Positions 12,349 to 22,232 of a DNA stretch of 64,000 nt are shown here, in pieces. The stretch's first letter is position 1; the number at the start of each line of letters is the position of its first letter. The stretch spans positions 2,368,001-2,432,000 of the forward strand of contig CAVVPN010000003.1 of assembly GCA_963750165.1 (NCBI GenBank), given 5' to 3'. The notes under the pieces are model-generated. The model did no database searches. It had not been told where the DNA came from and saw only the letters and a list, made by a program, of their open reading frames with translations. A program made the position numbers and the translations under genes. This DNA is from an uncultured Gemmataceae bacterium (GTDB lineage: Bacteria > Planctomycetota > Planctomycetia > Gemmatales > Gemmataceae).

Positions 12349-13538
12349 CGCACGACTGCGACGCACTGGTGATCGGCGGCGGCCCCGGCGGCGCGACGGC
12401 GGCGCTGCTGCTGGCGCGGGCCGGCTGGGCGGTGACGCTGCTGGAGCGGCAGTCATTTCCGCGGCGCAAGGTGTGTGGCGAGTACCTGTCGGCGACGAAC
12501 CTGCCGCTGCTGGACCGGCTCGGCGTCGGCGATGTGTTCCGCGACCTGGCCGGGCCGCCAGTGCGGGAGGTCGGCCTGTTCTGCGGTGAGCGTGTGCTGC
12601 GTGCCGACCTGCCGCGGCCGGACGGTTGTGGCTGGGGCCGGGCGCTGTCGCGCGAACGGCTGGACACGCTGCTGTTGCGGCGGGCCGTCGCGGCCGGCGC
12701 CGACGTGCGCCAGCCGTGGGCCGCGCGCACGCTTTTGGACCTGGGCGACGTTTATGAGTGTGAGGCGTTCTCGACGGAGACGCGAGCGGCGGTACGGCTG
12801 CGGGCGCCGGTGGTGATCGCGGCGCACGGTTCGTGGGAGGCGGGGGCGCTGCCGACGCAGAGCCCGCGGACGCCGCCGCGGCCGGACGACCTGTTCGGTT
12901 TCAAGGCCCACTTCCGCGGCAGCCGGCTGCCGGACGGCCTGATGCCGTTGCTGGCGTTCTCGGGCGGCTACGGCGGCATGGTCCACTGTGACGACGGCCG
13001 CGTCAGCCTGTCGTGCTGCGTGCGTCGCGACCAGCTGGGGCGGCTGCGGCGCGGTGACGACGCCGGCGCCGGCGAAGCGGTGCTGGAGCACATCACGGCG
13101 GCGTGTGCCGGTGTGCGGCGGGCGCTGGCCGGGGCGGAGCGCGACGAAGCCTGGCTGGCGACGGGGCCGATCCGGCCGGGGGTGCGGGTGCGGCCGCGGC
13201 GGGGGCTGTTCCAGGTCGGCAACGCGGCCGGCGAGGCGCATCCGGTGGTGGCAGAGGGCATCAGCATGGCGCTGCAGGCGGCGTGGCTGCTGACGACGGA
13301 GCTGGGGCGCTGGCGGCACGGCGGCGCGGACGTGGCGGCGCTGGCGGTGACCGGCACGGCGTATGCAGGGCGGTGGCGGCGGAGTTTCGCGGGTCGGCTG
13401 CGGGCGGCGGCGGTGGTGGCGCACTGGGCGATGCGGCCGGGCGCGGTGGCGCCGGTGCTGCCGTGGCTGCGCTGTTTTCCGGCGCTGCTGACGTTGGGGG
13501 CGTGGCTGAGCGGCAAGGCGACAAGGATAACATCATGA
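12345..13538 (+). CDS. FAD-dependent oxidoreductase (geranylgeranyl reductase/halogenase-like)
   Basis: VIGGGPGG, FPRRKVCGEYLS, VGNAAGEAHPVVAEGISMA. Confidence 0.9.
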   Translation: MTHDCDALVIGGGPGGATAALLLARAGWAVTLLERQSFPRRKVCGEYLSATNLPLLDRLGVGDVFRDLAGPPVREVGLFCGERVLRADLPRPDGCGWGRALSRERLDTLLLRRAVAAGADVRQPWAARTLLDLGDVYECEAFSTETRAAVRLRAPVVIAAHGSWEAGALPTQSPRTPPRPDDLFGFKAHFRGSRLPDGLMPLLAFSGGYGGMVHCDDGRVSLSCCVRRDQLGRLRRGDDAGAGEAVLEHITAACAGVRRALAGAERDEAWLATGPIRPGVRVRPRRGLFQVGNAAGEAHPVVAEGISMALQAAWLLTTELGRWRHGGADVAALAVTGTAYAGRWRRSFAGRLRAAAVVAHWAMRPGAVAPVLPWLRCFPALLTLGAWLSGKATRITS

Positions 13539-14641
13539 CATTGGCGCTGGTCGGCGTGGGCACGGCGGTGCCGGCGACGGTGATCGATCAGGACGAGGCG
13601 CTGCGGATCGCGCGGTCGCTGTGCTGCCGCACGGCCGAGCAGGCGACCTGGCTACCCGCGATGTACGGTCACACCGGCATCGAGCGCCGCCATCTGGTGC
13701 TGGGGCCGGACGTGGTGCGCGACGTGCTCGACGGTACGCGCCGCTCCGGCTCGCCATTCCTGCCGAGCGGCGCCGCCGACGACCGCGGTCCGACGACACG
13801 CCAGCGTCTGGAGCATTACACAGCGGCGGCCGGGGCGCTGGCGCTGACGGCGGCCCGGCGGGCGCTGGAGCAGGGCGGCCGGCCGGCGCGGGCGATAACG
13901 CACCTGGTCACCGTGTCCTGCACCGGCTTCCACGCGCCGGGGGTGGACGTGGAGCTGATCCAGGGGCTGCCGCTGCCGGCGGGGGTGCAGCGGACGCACG
14001 TCGGCTACATGGGCTGTCACGGGGCGCTGAACGGTCTGCGCGTGGCCAACGCCTTCTGCCGGGCGGAGCCGGCCGCGTGCGTGCTGCTGTGCGCCACAGA
14101 GCTGTGCAGCCTGCACTACCATTACGGCTGGGATCCGCAGAAGATCATCGCCAACGCGCTGTTCGCGGACGGCTCGGCGGCGCTGGTGGCGGTGCCGGCG
14201 CGGTCGGCCCCGGCCGACGCCTGGCGGCTGATGGCCAGCGGTTCGTGCGTCTTCCCCGATTCGCGCGACGCCATGACGTGGACGGTCGGCGACCACGGCT
14301 TCGAGATGACGCTGTCGAAGCAGGTGCCGGGGCTGATTGCGCGACACCTGCGGCCGTGGCTGGCGGACTGGCTGGCGGGCCACGAGGCGGCGCCGGCGGA
14401 CGTGGCCAGCTGGGCGGTGCACCCGGGCGGGCCGCGCATCCTGGACGCGGTGGAGGCGGCACTGGGGTTGCCGCGGGCGGCGACGGCGGCGTCGCGGGCG
14501 GTGTTCGCGGAGCACGGCAACATGTCATCGCCGACAGTGCTGTTCATCGTGGAGGAATTGCGCCGGCTGGGGGCGCCGCGGCCGTGTGTGGCGCTGGGCT
14601 TCGGGCCGGGGCTGACGGTGGAGGCGGCGCTGTTCCGGTGA
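13535..14641 (+). CDS. Type III polyketide synthase
   Basis: Catalytic triad: Cys (YMGCHG), His (VHPGG), Asn (HGNMSS); ALFADG; GFGPGLTVE. Confidence 0.95.
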   Translation: MTLALVGVGTAVPATVIDQDEALRIARSLCCRTAEQATWLPAMYGHTGIERRHLVLGPDVVRDVLDGTRRSGSPFLPSGAADDRGPTTRQRLEHYTAAAGALALTAARRALEQGGRPARAITHLVTVSCTGFHAPGVDVELIQGLPLPAGVQRTHVGYMGCHGALNGLRVANAFCRAEPAACVLLCATELCSLHYHYGWDPQKIIANALFADGSAALVAVPARSAPADAWRLMASGSCVFPDSRDAMTWTVGDHGFEMTLSKQVPGLIARHLRPWLADWLAGHEAAPADVASWAVHPGGPRILDAVEAALGLPRAATAASRAVFAEHGNMSSPTVLFIVEELRRLGAPRPCVALGFGPGLTVEAALFR

Positions 14642-14807
14642 TCTATTTCTCATGTTATCAAACCGGGAAGGAGCCATGAAGGTTGGCGGGAAATTGCTTC
14701 TCTGATTGACTCGTTCTCCCCGATGTCTAACATCAAACGGTTCCTATCGAAACTCGTCGGCCTGACCGGCGCCAGCGCCGGCAGGTCAGAACCGGGAGAA
14801 CGATACC

Positions 14808-15476
14808 ATGATGCGTGCGGTGTGTGGACTGGCGCTACTTGCGATTCTTGCCGCCGCGCCGGCGTCGGCCCAGGCGGGCTTCGTCACGGCCGTGACGATC
14901 AACTCCCCCAACCAGCTCACGGACGGCGCCCCTCCGAACCCATTTGAGATCGGCTGGAGGTTTACACCGAACCAGCAACTCGTCGTGACCGCCCTGGGCA
15001 CGTGGGACGGCAATGGCGTGACGATCCCTTCGGGCACCAAGGTCGGCATCTTCGACAGCTCCGCCAACCTGATCGCCAGCGTCTCGATCAGCCCCACGTC
15101 AACCCTCAGCAATCAGTTTCGCTACGAGAATCTGGCGACTCCTGTGACGCTGTCGGCCGGGAACGCTTACACCCTGATCGCCCTTTTCCCCGCCGGTGCG
15201 GTGGCGCCCGAGTACAGTGCCGCCGCCTCGTCCTCGTACTCGACCGACCCTGCCGTGGGCACCATTCACTTCACCAACGCATACCTCTCCCCCGGGACGA
15301 CGGACCTCACTTATCTTGGGACCGTGAACGGCGGGTTTGCCGATTACGTTCAGTTCGGGCCTAACTTCCAGTACCAGTCGAACGCCGCACCCGAGCCGGC
15401 GTCCGTTACCCTATTCGGCATCGCACTCCTCAACCTGGCGGGCTACGGACTGTATCGGCGGAAATGCCGCCGCTAA
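14808..15476 (+). CDS. PEP-CTERM exosortase-substrate protein
   Basis: Signal peptide; C-terminal APEPASVTLFG-TM-RRKCRR. Confidence 0.88.
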   Translation: MMRAVCGLALLAILAAAPASAQAGFVTAVTINSPNQLTDGAPPNPFEIGWRFTPNQQLVVTALGTWDGNGVTIPSGTKVGIFDSSANLIASVSISPTSTLSNQFRYENLATPVTLSAGNAYTLIALFPAGAVAPEYSAAASSSYSTDPAVGTIHFTNAYLSPGTTDLTYLGTVNGGFADYVQFGPNFQYQSNAAPEPASVTLFGIALLNLAGYGLYRRKCRR

Positions 15477-15494
15477 TGCCAAAGCCCCCGGGGC

Positions 15495-15538
15495 GCTTCG
15501 GGCCGGGGCTGACGGTGGAGGCGGCATTATTCCGGTGA
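15495..15538 (+). repeat. Direct duplicate of the last 44 bp of the PKS gene
   Basis: 41/44 identical to 14598-14641. Confidence 0.9.
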
Positions 15539-15621
15539 GCGGGTGGTTGCCTGCGGCCCAGCGGCGCGTTATTCTGCGGCATCGCGTTCCACAACAGCGG
15601 TTTGTCGAGCGAGGAGCAACC

Positions 15622-16413
15622 ATGAAGCAAACGGGAGTGCTGCTGGCGCTGCTGAGCGCCGGCGTGCTGGCGCTGGCGAGCGTCCGCATGGCGGACGGCC
15701 AGGACAAGGGCAAGGACAAGGCGGTCGGCAAGGACAAGGTCGGCAAGGACAAGGGCGGCAAGGACAAGGCTCCGGAAGTGCCGCCGCGCAAGGGCAAGAC
15801 CGAGGTCATCCGCCTGTTCAATGGCAAGAACCTCGAGGGCTGGGAGGGCGAGAAGGATTTGTGGTCGGTCAAGGACGGCACGATCATCGCGAAGAACAAG
15901 GATCCGATCAAGGTGAGCACGTACCTGCTGACCAAGCGGAAATTCACGGACTTCCGCCTGACGGCGACGGTGAAGCTCGTCGAGTCGGAGATGCACTCGG
16001 GCATCGCGTTCTGGGGCCGCAAGGCGCCGGACAAGGGCGCCCCGTACACCTACGCCGGCCATCTGGTGATGTTCCCGACGGGCTGGGGCATGTACGACCT
16101 GTTCGGCCGCGGCGGTCTGCCGGTGTCGGGCGCCCCGGCGAAGAAGGTCGGTAAGCAGCACGACTGGAACGATCTGGAGATTCTGGCCCAGGGCAACCGC
16201 GTGCGTGTGGCGGTCAACGGCGTGCAGGTCGTGGACTGGCGCGACCCCGAGCCGAAGCGCATCATGGAGGGGCCGATCGGACTGCAGCTGCACTCCAACA
16301 AGGTGCCGCAGGAAGTCCACTTCAAGGATTTGATTCTGACGACGTTCCCCGAGTCGCAGATGATCACGCTGCAGCCGCAGACCGAGGTGAAGGGCAAGAA
16401 GGACAAGAAATAA
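15622..16413 (+). CDS. DUF1080 (3-keto-disaccharide hydrolase family) secreted protein
   Basis: Signal peptide, KDK repeats, LFNGKNLEGW, DWNDLEI, GPIGLQLH, FKDL. Confidence 0.9.
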   Translation: MKQTGVLLALLSAGVLALASVRMADGQDKGKDKAVGKDKVGKDKGGKDKAPEVPPRKGKTEVIRLFNGKNLEGWEGEKDLWSVKDGTIIAKNKDPIKVSTYLLTKRKFTDFRLTATVKLVESEMHSGIAFWGRKAPDKGAPYTYAGHLVMFPTGWGMYDLFGRGGLPVSGAPAKKVGKQHDWNDLEILAQGNRVRVAVNGVQVVDWRDPEPKRIMEGPIGLQLHSNKVPQEVHFKDLILTTFPESQMITLQPQTEVKGKKDKK

Positions 16414-16487
16414 CGGCAACCGAACGCTCGCGCCCGGGGCCGCAGTACAGGTGTCTCGCACGTAACCTGGATTGCGGCCCCGGGCGC

Positions 16488-16775
16488 TTACCCGTGCGGC
16501 CGGTCTGCGGTGGTGATTTGTTCGGCCCCGTTGCACGTCGCCTCGCCTGCCGTTGGGTTGACGCCGCGAGCAACGGGCTGTTCCGCTACCGTCCCGTCTG
16601 TCAGGCGGACGAACTGCCGAACCGCTTTACCCCCACTTTCCAAAATGGAAACCAGGTCGCCGGCCTGCCCTTGCTGTGCCGCCTCCCGAGCCAGGCGGAC
16701 CGCGTCGCGCAGTTCGTTCGCAGAGCCCAACGTGTCTTCCGTGTTCTCGTTGACGATGTAGAACTGAGACATCAT
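16488..16775 (-). CDS. Hypothetical protein (cassette-like)
   Basis: ORF coupled (ATGA) to the upstream gene; 3' end runs into an attC-like half-site. Confidence 0.55.
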   Translation of the reverse strand: MMSQFYIVNENTEDTLGSANELRDAVRLAREAAQQGQAGDLVSILESGGKAVRQFVRLTDGTVAEQPVARGVNPTAGEATCNGAEQITTADRPHG

Positions 16776-17062
16776 TCGTCTCCTGTGCCATGCGTCTCGG
16801 GTTCGTGCGCTCGGTCGATGTAGACCCAGAGGTGCTTGAGGGCGGCCTGGGCGTGAACCTCGAGGAATTGCTGGGGATCGGCGATGGATTGCAAAACTTG
16901 CGCCAGGTGATTGGCCGCGCTGAGCCGATCAACCCCGGCGGACTCGAACGTGCCGGTGGCGGTGTGCTGAAGCCCGAGAGCTTGCAAAATTGGCACAACG
17001 TTGTTGCGCAGCCCGGACCCCATGTCGCCGGTGTAAGAGATGCGCAAAATCACCCGCCACAT
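16772..17062 (-). CDS. Hypothetical protein
   Basis: 96-aa ORF with globular composition, translationally coupled to the next gene. Confidence 0.6.
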   Translation of the reverse strand: MWRVILRISYTGDMGSGLRNNVVPILQALGLQHTATGTFESAGVDRLSAANHLAQVLQSIADPQQFLEVHAQAALKHLWVYIDRAHEPETHGTGDE

Positions 17063-17223
17063 CGCCTACCCTACCGTTGCCGGGTGTCGCCCGCAAAGCA
17101 GTTCGCATGATCCCACGCCGCGTCCGCACCGTCGAGGGTAGACCGAGTGTCGTTGAGTTCGGCCTGCCCGACCCATAGCAACCAGCGACTCGGCCAGGGG
17201 AAATGCGGCCGATCCAGTACGCC

Positions 17224-18096
<873 letters not shown>

Positions 18097-18102
18097 GGTC
18101 GG

Positions 18103-18375
18103 TTAACCTTCTTGCTTCGACTGTTGGATTGCCTCAATCAATCGCTTCGTACTTTCGATGTTGGAGCGGTACAGGTGGCTGCGCTGTCCGGCGAGGGTGA
18201 GGTAGCCGCCCAGGACAAACAGGCTCAGTCCCGTGGCGGCCATCGCCCAATCGACCTCCGGCCGCGACAGCGACCCACCGCCCAGGAGCAGCCCCAGCCC
18301 GACCGCAAACAGGCCAAGGAATATCTCCACCTTGGCCCAGGCGCCGCCGAACCGTGGGACCCGTTCACTCGGCAT
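18103..18375 (-). CDS. Small two-TM hypothetical protein
   Basis: Two hydrophobic segments; sits between sucC and sucD. Confidence 0.6.
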   Translation of the reverse strand: MPSERVPRFGGAWAKVEIFLGLFAVGLGLLLGGGSLSRPEVDWAMAATGLSLFVLGGYLTLAGQRSHLYRSNIESTKRLIEAIQQSKQEG

Positions 18376-18407
18376 GGAACAGTTCCGGTTATTGACCGAG
18401 CGTTGGG

Positions 18408-18773
18408 TTACGCCGTTACCATCGGGTCGGACGCCGCCCAGGCACTTCTACCCTGCGGCGTCATGGCAAACCAACCCCGCCACACGTAACTCAGGTCCGC
18501 CGGGTTCGCGCACGCTGGCTCGTCTTCCCGTTTCACTTCCAACAACCCCTCGGACACCAGGCGAACGATGCGGTCAGCGATTTCCTGGAGCGGGGGCGCC
18601 TCCTTCGCGGGGCGAAGATAATATGCCCCGGAGGCGCGGCGGTCGTACTCCTCGGAGGACAAATCGAAGCAAACGAGTTGGTAAATCTCCTCCAAATTTT
18701 CCCAGTCGTCCGCGGTGGCGTTCAGGATTTCCCAGCTCGTCTTATCGACCGCAACCATGACAGCCTCCGTCAT
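18408..18773 (-). CDS. Hypothetical protein, possible immunity protein
   Basis: Acidic 121-aa ORF coupled (ATGA) to the upstream ORF. Confidence 0.55.
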   Translation of the reverse strand: MTEAVMVAVDKTSWEILNATADDWENLEEIYQLVCFDLSSEEYDRRASGAYYLRPAKEAPPLQEIADRIVRLVSEGLLEVKREDEPACANPADLSYVWRGWFAMTPQGRSAWAASDPMVTA

Positions 18774-19000
18774 TTCCAGAAGGGCCGAAAGTGTGGGGCA
18801 CGAAACACCCGGCCGTCGGCCCTGCGTACCGTGTGGCGGACCATCTCCTCACCGGTCGTCTCGTGACGGAACATTTCCTGGATACTGGTCCCGCCTGGGT
18901 TCCGCAGGTTCGTCGAAGGTTCCACCTCGGTCCGGATGACTTCCCATTGACCCGGGTCCGCTTCGTAATCCTTCAGCAAGTCGGCGAACGACCGGCTCAC
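18770..19000 (-). CDS. Hypothetical protein, possible orphan toxin tip domain
   Basis: 76 aa, beta-rich, RH..PHFRP. Confidence 0.5.
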   Translation of the reverse strand: MSRSFADLLKDYEADPGQWEVIRTEVEPSTNLRNPGGTSIQEMFRHETTGEEMVRHTVRRADGRVFRAPHFRPFWK

Positions 19001-19054
19001 GAATCGACTCCATGATACCGCCGCACCGTCGGCCCCTGCCAGCCGGCCCTGGGT

Positions 19055-20329
19055 TCACTTCGCCGCCGCCACCACCTTCTTGGCCGCGTCGGTCAGGTCG
19101 GTCGCCGTCTGCATCATCGGCAGTTCCGACCGGGCTGCCGTCAAAATCTCGCGGGCCTTCTCGGCGTTGGTGCCCTCCAGTCGCACCACCACCGGCACGC
19201 GGAAACCGACCTCGCGCCCGGCCTTCACCAGCGCGTCGGCGATCAGGTCGCACTTGGCGATGCCGCCGAACACGTTCACCAGCACGCCCTTCACCCGCGG
19301 GTCCGCCAGGATAATGCGGAACGCCTCGATGGCCCCCGCCTCGGTCACGCCGCCGCCCACGTCCAAAAAGTTGGCCGGCTCGCCGCCGTGGTACTTGATG
19401 ATGTCCATCGTGCTCATCGCCAGCCCGGCGCCGTTGACCAGACAGCCGATGTTGCCGTTCAGGCTGATGTACGTCAGCCCCGCCTTGCCCGCCCGCAGCT
19501 CCGCCGGGTTCTCCTCCGTCACGTCGCGCAACTTCTCGATCTCCGGGTGGCGGAACAGGGCGTTGTCGTCGAACGTTACCTTGGCATCGACGACGACCAC
19601 CTTGCCCGACTCCATCACCGCCAGCGGGTTCACCTCGGTCAAGGTGCAGTCCTTCTCCAGGAACACCTTCGCCAGCGCCACCAGCGTGTCGGCGGTCTGG
19701 GCCACCTGATCGCCGGTGAAGCCCAGGTCCAGGGCCATTGCCCGCGCCTTGAACGGGTGCAGGCCGGCGGTCGGGTCGAAGTGCAGTTTGAGGATCTTCT
19801 CCGGGTGCCGCGCGGCGACCTCTTCGATCTCGACGCCGCCCTCGGCGCAGGCCATCAGCAACGGCAGGCCGACGGCGCGGTCGAGCAGCACCCCCGCGTA
19901 GACCTCGCGGCCAATCTTCTCCTTCGCCTCGACCACCAGCACCTTCGCCACCTTCTGGCCGTCCACGCCGGTTTGCAGGGTGACGAGCGGGTGTTTGAAC
20001 ATCACCTCCGCGCAGCGGGCGACGTCCTCACGCTTGGTCACGAACTTGACGCCGCCGAGTTTCTCCGCGTCGGCCTTGACGCCGGCGAACGCCGGCAGAA
20101 TGGCCTTGATCGAATCGGGATCGTCGGCGGCGCCGGGGCGGTAACCGCTGCCCTTGAAGCCGCCCTTGCCGCGGCCGCCAGCGTGGACCTGCGCCTTGAG
20201 CACGATCGGACCGCCCAGCTTGTCGAAGGCCGCCACCGCTTCCTGGGCCGACGACGCCACAATGCCTCGCGGCACCGGCGCTCCGGCCGCCGCCAGTAAC
20301 TCTTTCGCCTGGTATTCGTGAATTTTCAT
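19055..20329 (-). CDS. sucC: Succinyl-CoA synthetase beta subunit
   Basis: MKIHEYQAK, KAQVHAGGRGK, EVNPL, VNGAGLAMSTMD, PANFLDVGGG, RLEGTN. Confidence 0.97.
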   Translation of the reverse strand: MKIHEYQAKELLAAAGAPVPRGIVASSAQEAVAAFDKLGGPIVLKAQVHAGGRGKGGFKGSGYRPGAADDPDSIKAILPAFAGVKADAEKLGGVKFVTKREDVARCAEVMFKHPLVTLQTGVDGQKVAKVLVVEAKEKIGREVYAGVLLDRAVGLPLLMACAEGGVEIEEVAARHPEKILKLHFDPTAGLHPFKARAMALDLGFTGDQVAQTADTLVALAKVFLEKDCTLTEVNPLAVMESGKVVVVDAKVTFDDNALFRHPEIEKLRDVTEENPAELRAGKAGLTYISLNGNIGCLVNGAGLAMSTMDIIKYHGGEPANFLDVGGGVTEAGAIEAFRIILADPRVKGVLVNVFGGIAKCDLIADALVKAGREVGFRVPVVVRLEGTNAEKAREILTAARSELPMMQTATDLTDAAKKVVAAAK

Positions 20330-20367
20330 GATGACTTCCTCAGCTGGATCAACATATCTCTATAAAA

Positions 20368-20582
20368 AATTAGCCACAGAGGACACAGAGGACACAGAGA
20401 GAAAGACAGAGAAAGAGTTTTCTCGGTCTGCCGATCTGTTACTGCGTCCGACCGTTCTGTTGTCATCACGCATTTTCGCAAGGCTTTGTTGTTCAATATC
20501 TTGCGGCAGCATGTGATGTCTTTAGAAAAGTCGGACGCAGTAATTGGTTTGTTTTCTCTCTCTGTGACCTCTGTGGCTAATT
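20368..20582. repeat. Nested inverted-repeat element with 9-mer CACAGAGGA repeats
   Basis: Outer AATTAGCCACAGAGG / CCTCTGTGGCTAATT; inner TTACTGCGTCCGAC 20439-52 / GTCGGACGCAGTAA 20530-43. Confidence 0.85.
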
Positions 20583-22007
20583 CTTCAACACTTCAATCTG
20601 CCCCGGGTCCGACACCATGATCTGCGGCCGTTCGCGGTACAGCGTCAGCGTGCCGGTCACGCGGATGCGCTGGCCGTCGAAGAGCGACCGCAGCGCCTTC
20701 GTGTCTTCTTTTTTGAACTTCGTCTGCGCTTCCTCGTTCAGCACCACCGTGAAGTTACCGTCGTTGCGGTAGTTCTCCTCGGAGTTCAAAAACACCAGCT
20801 TCGCGCCGCCGCTGGCCCCGGTCGATTGCACCTTCATCTCGACCGTCACCTTCTTGTCGAGGTTGGCCTTCACCACCTTCGGCGTCAGCTCCTCGCCGCT
20901 CGCCAGCTTCGGCCCCTTGTCCTTCTGCGCCGGCTGCAGCACGCGCAACGGCAGCTTTTGCCGGATCGTCACGTCGCCGTCCACGTCGCGGATCTGCAGG
21001 CTGACCGTCGGCGTTTTCGCGTCCCAGTCAATCGCGATGAAGCCGAAGTTGTCGCCGGTGTTCATCGTCATCACGCGGTGCCGGTTCACCAGTTGTTTGC
21101 GCCAGCCGCTCTTGAAGCCCTGGTTCAACCCGCTGCTCGTCAGGTCGAAGAGCGGGTAGCCAAGGCCCGCGTCGATCACCGACAATTCCGCCATGTGCAG
21201 GTCGCCGCTCAGCACCACGACGCCGTTCGCCTTCGTGTCCTTCAGCAGTTGGAACAGCCGCGCGCGCTCGCGCGGCAGGTTCATCCACTTCTCGAACGGC
21301 TGGTCCTCCGCCACCAGCTGAATGCTGGAGCACAACAGCCGCAGCTGCGCCGGCTCGCGCAGTTGCCGCTCCAGCCATTTCCACTGCGCCTCGCCCAGGA
21401 TGGTCTTGGTCGGCTCGTCGTCGGGGACGTAGGTGCCGCCCTTGCCCGCCTGCTTCAGCGGGCTGCGGAAAAAGCGCGTGTCCAGCAGGATCACCTGCAC
21501 GCGCTGCCCCGGTGGGCCGAACAGCTTCGCGTCGTATACCCCCTCCTGCTGGCGCCGCGGCGAATCCGCCGGCTCGCCGAAGAAGTCCAGGAACAGCTTC
21601 TGTGACTGCTTCTTCAACGGGAACTCCGTGCCGGCGTCGTTCAGGCCGTAGTCGTGGTCGTCCCACGTTGCCAGGATGGGGCAGGTCTTCTTCAGCTTCT
21701 GAAAGCCCGGCACCTGCGCCAGCTTGTCATAGCTCTGCCGGATCAAGTCCACCGTCACGTTCCTTGTCAGTCGGTATCCCTTGTCGGCGGGGACGAGGTC
21801 AGCGTACATGGAATCGCCGATGAACAGGAACAACTGCGGTTTCGCCGCGACGATGGCGTTCCAGATCGGCTGCGGCTCGTGCTGGTTGGCGCAGGAGCCG
21901 AAGGCGATGCGTTCCAGGCGTGGGCTGGCCTTGGACTCCTGGGCGTGGGCCGCCGGTGGCAGCGCCAGCACGAGGGTTAGCAGGAACAGGGAACGGATCG
22001 GCTTCAT
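20577..22007 (-). CDS. phoD: Alkaline phosphatase D family protein with probable C-terminal OB-fold
   Basis: IAFGSC, FIGDSMYAD, TWDDHDYG, LLDTRFFR, LSGDLH; signal peptide. Confidence 0.9.
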   Translation of the reverse strand: MKPIRSLFLLTLVLALPPAAHAQESKASPRLERIAFGSCANQHEPQPIWNAIVAAKPQLFLFIGDSMYADLVPADKGYRLTRNVTVDLIRQSYDKLAQVPGFQKLKKTCPILATWDDHDYGLNDAGTEFPLKKQSQKLFLDFFGEPADSPRRQQEGVYDAKLFGPPGQRVQVILLDTRFFRSPLKQAGKGGTYVPDDEPTKTILGEAQWKWLERQLREPAQLRLLCSSIQLVAEDQPFEKWMNLPRERARLFQLLKDTKANGVVVLSGDLHMAELSVIDAGLGYPLFDLTSSGLNQGFKSGWRKQLVNRHRVMTMNTGDNFGFIAIDWDAKTPTVSLQIRDVDGDVTIRQKLPLRVLQPAQKDKGPKLASGEELTPKVVKANLDKKVTVEMKVQSTGASGGAKLVFLNSEENYRNDGNFTVVLNEEAQTKFKKEDTKALRSLFDGQRIRVTGTLTLYRERPQIMVSDPGQIEVLKN

Positions 22008-22232
22008 GGCAGGGCCTCTGGCGGGTCCGGGGTGCGCAGGGGCGACGGCGTTAATTAACGGAAACCGTGGCCGCGCAACCAGAGGGCAGGCGGCCCGAAT
22101 TCCAGGTCCGCTTTCCGGGCGCGTCTGCCTATAATGGAGGTAGCGGCAGGAGGCCGTTTCATCTCATATCATCTCACAGACCCCCCCGAACGGGCTTTGC
22201 GACGCATTCGGATAAACGCATGGGAATGCGTA

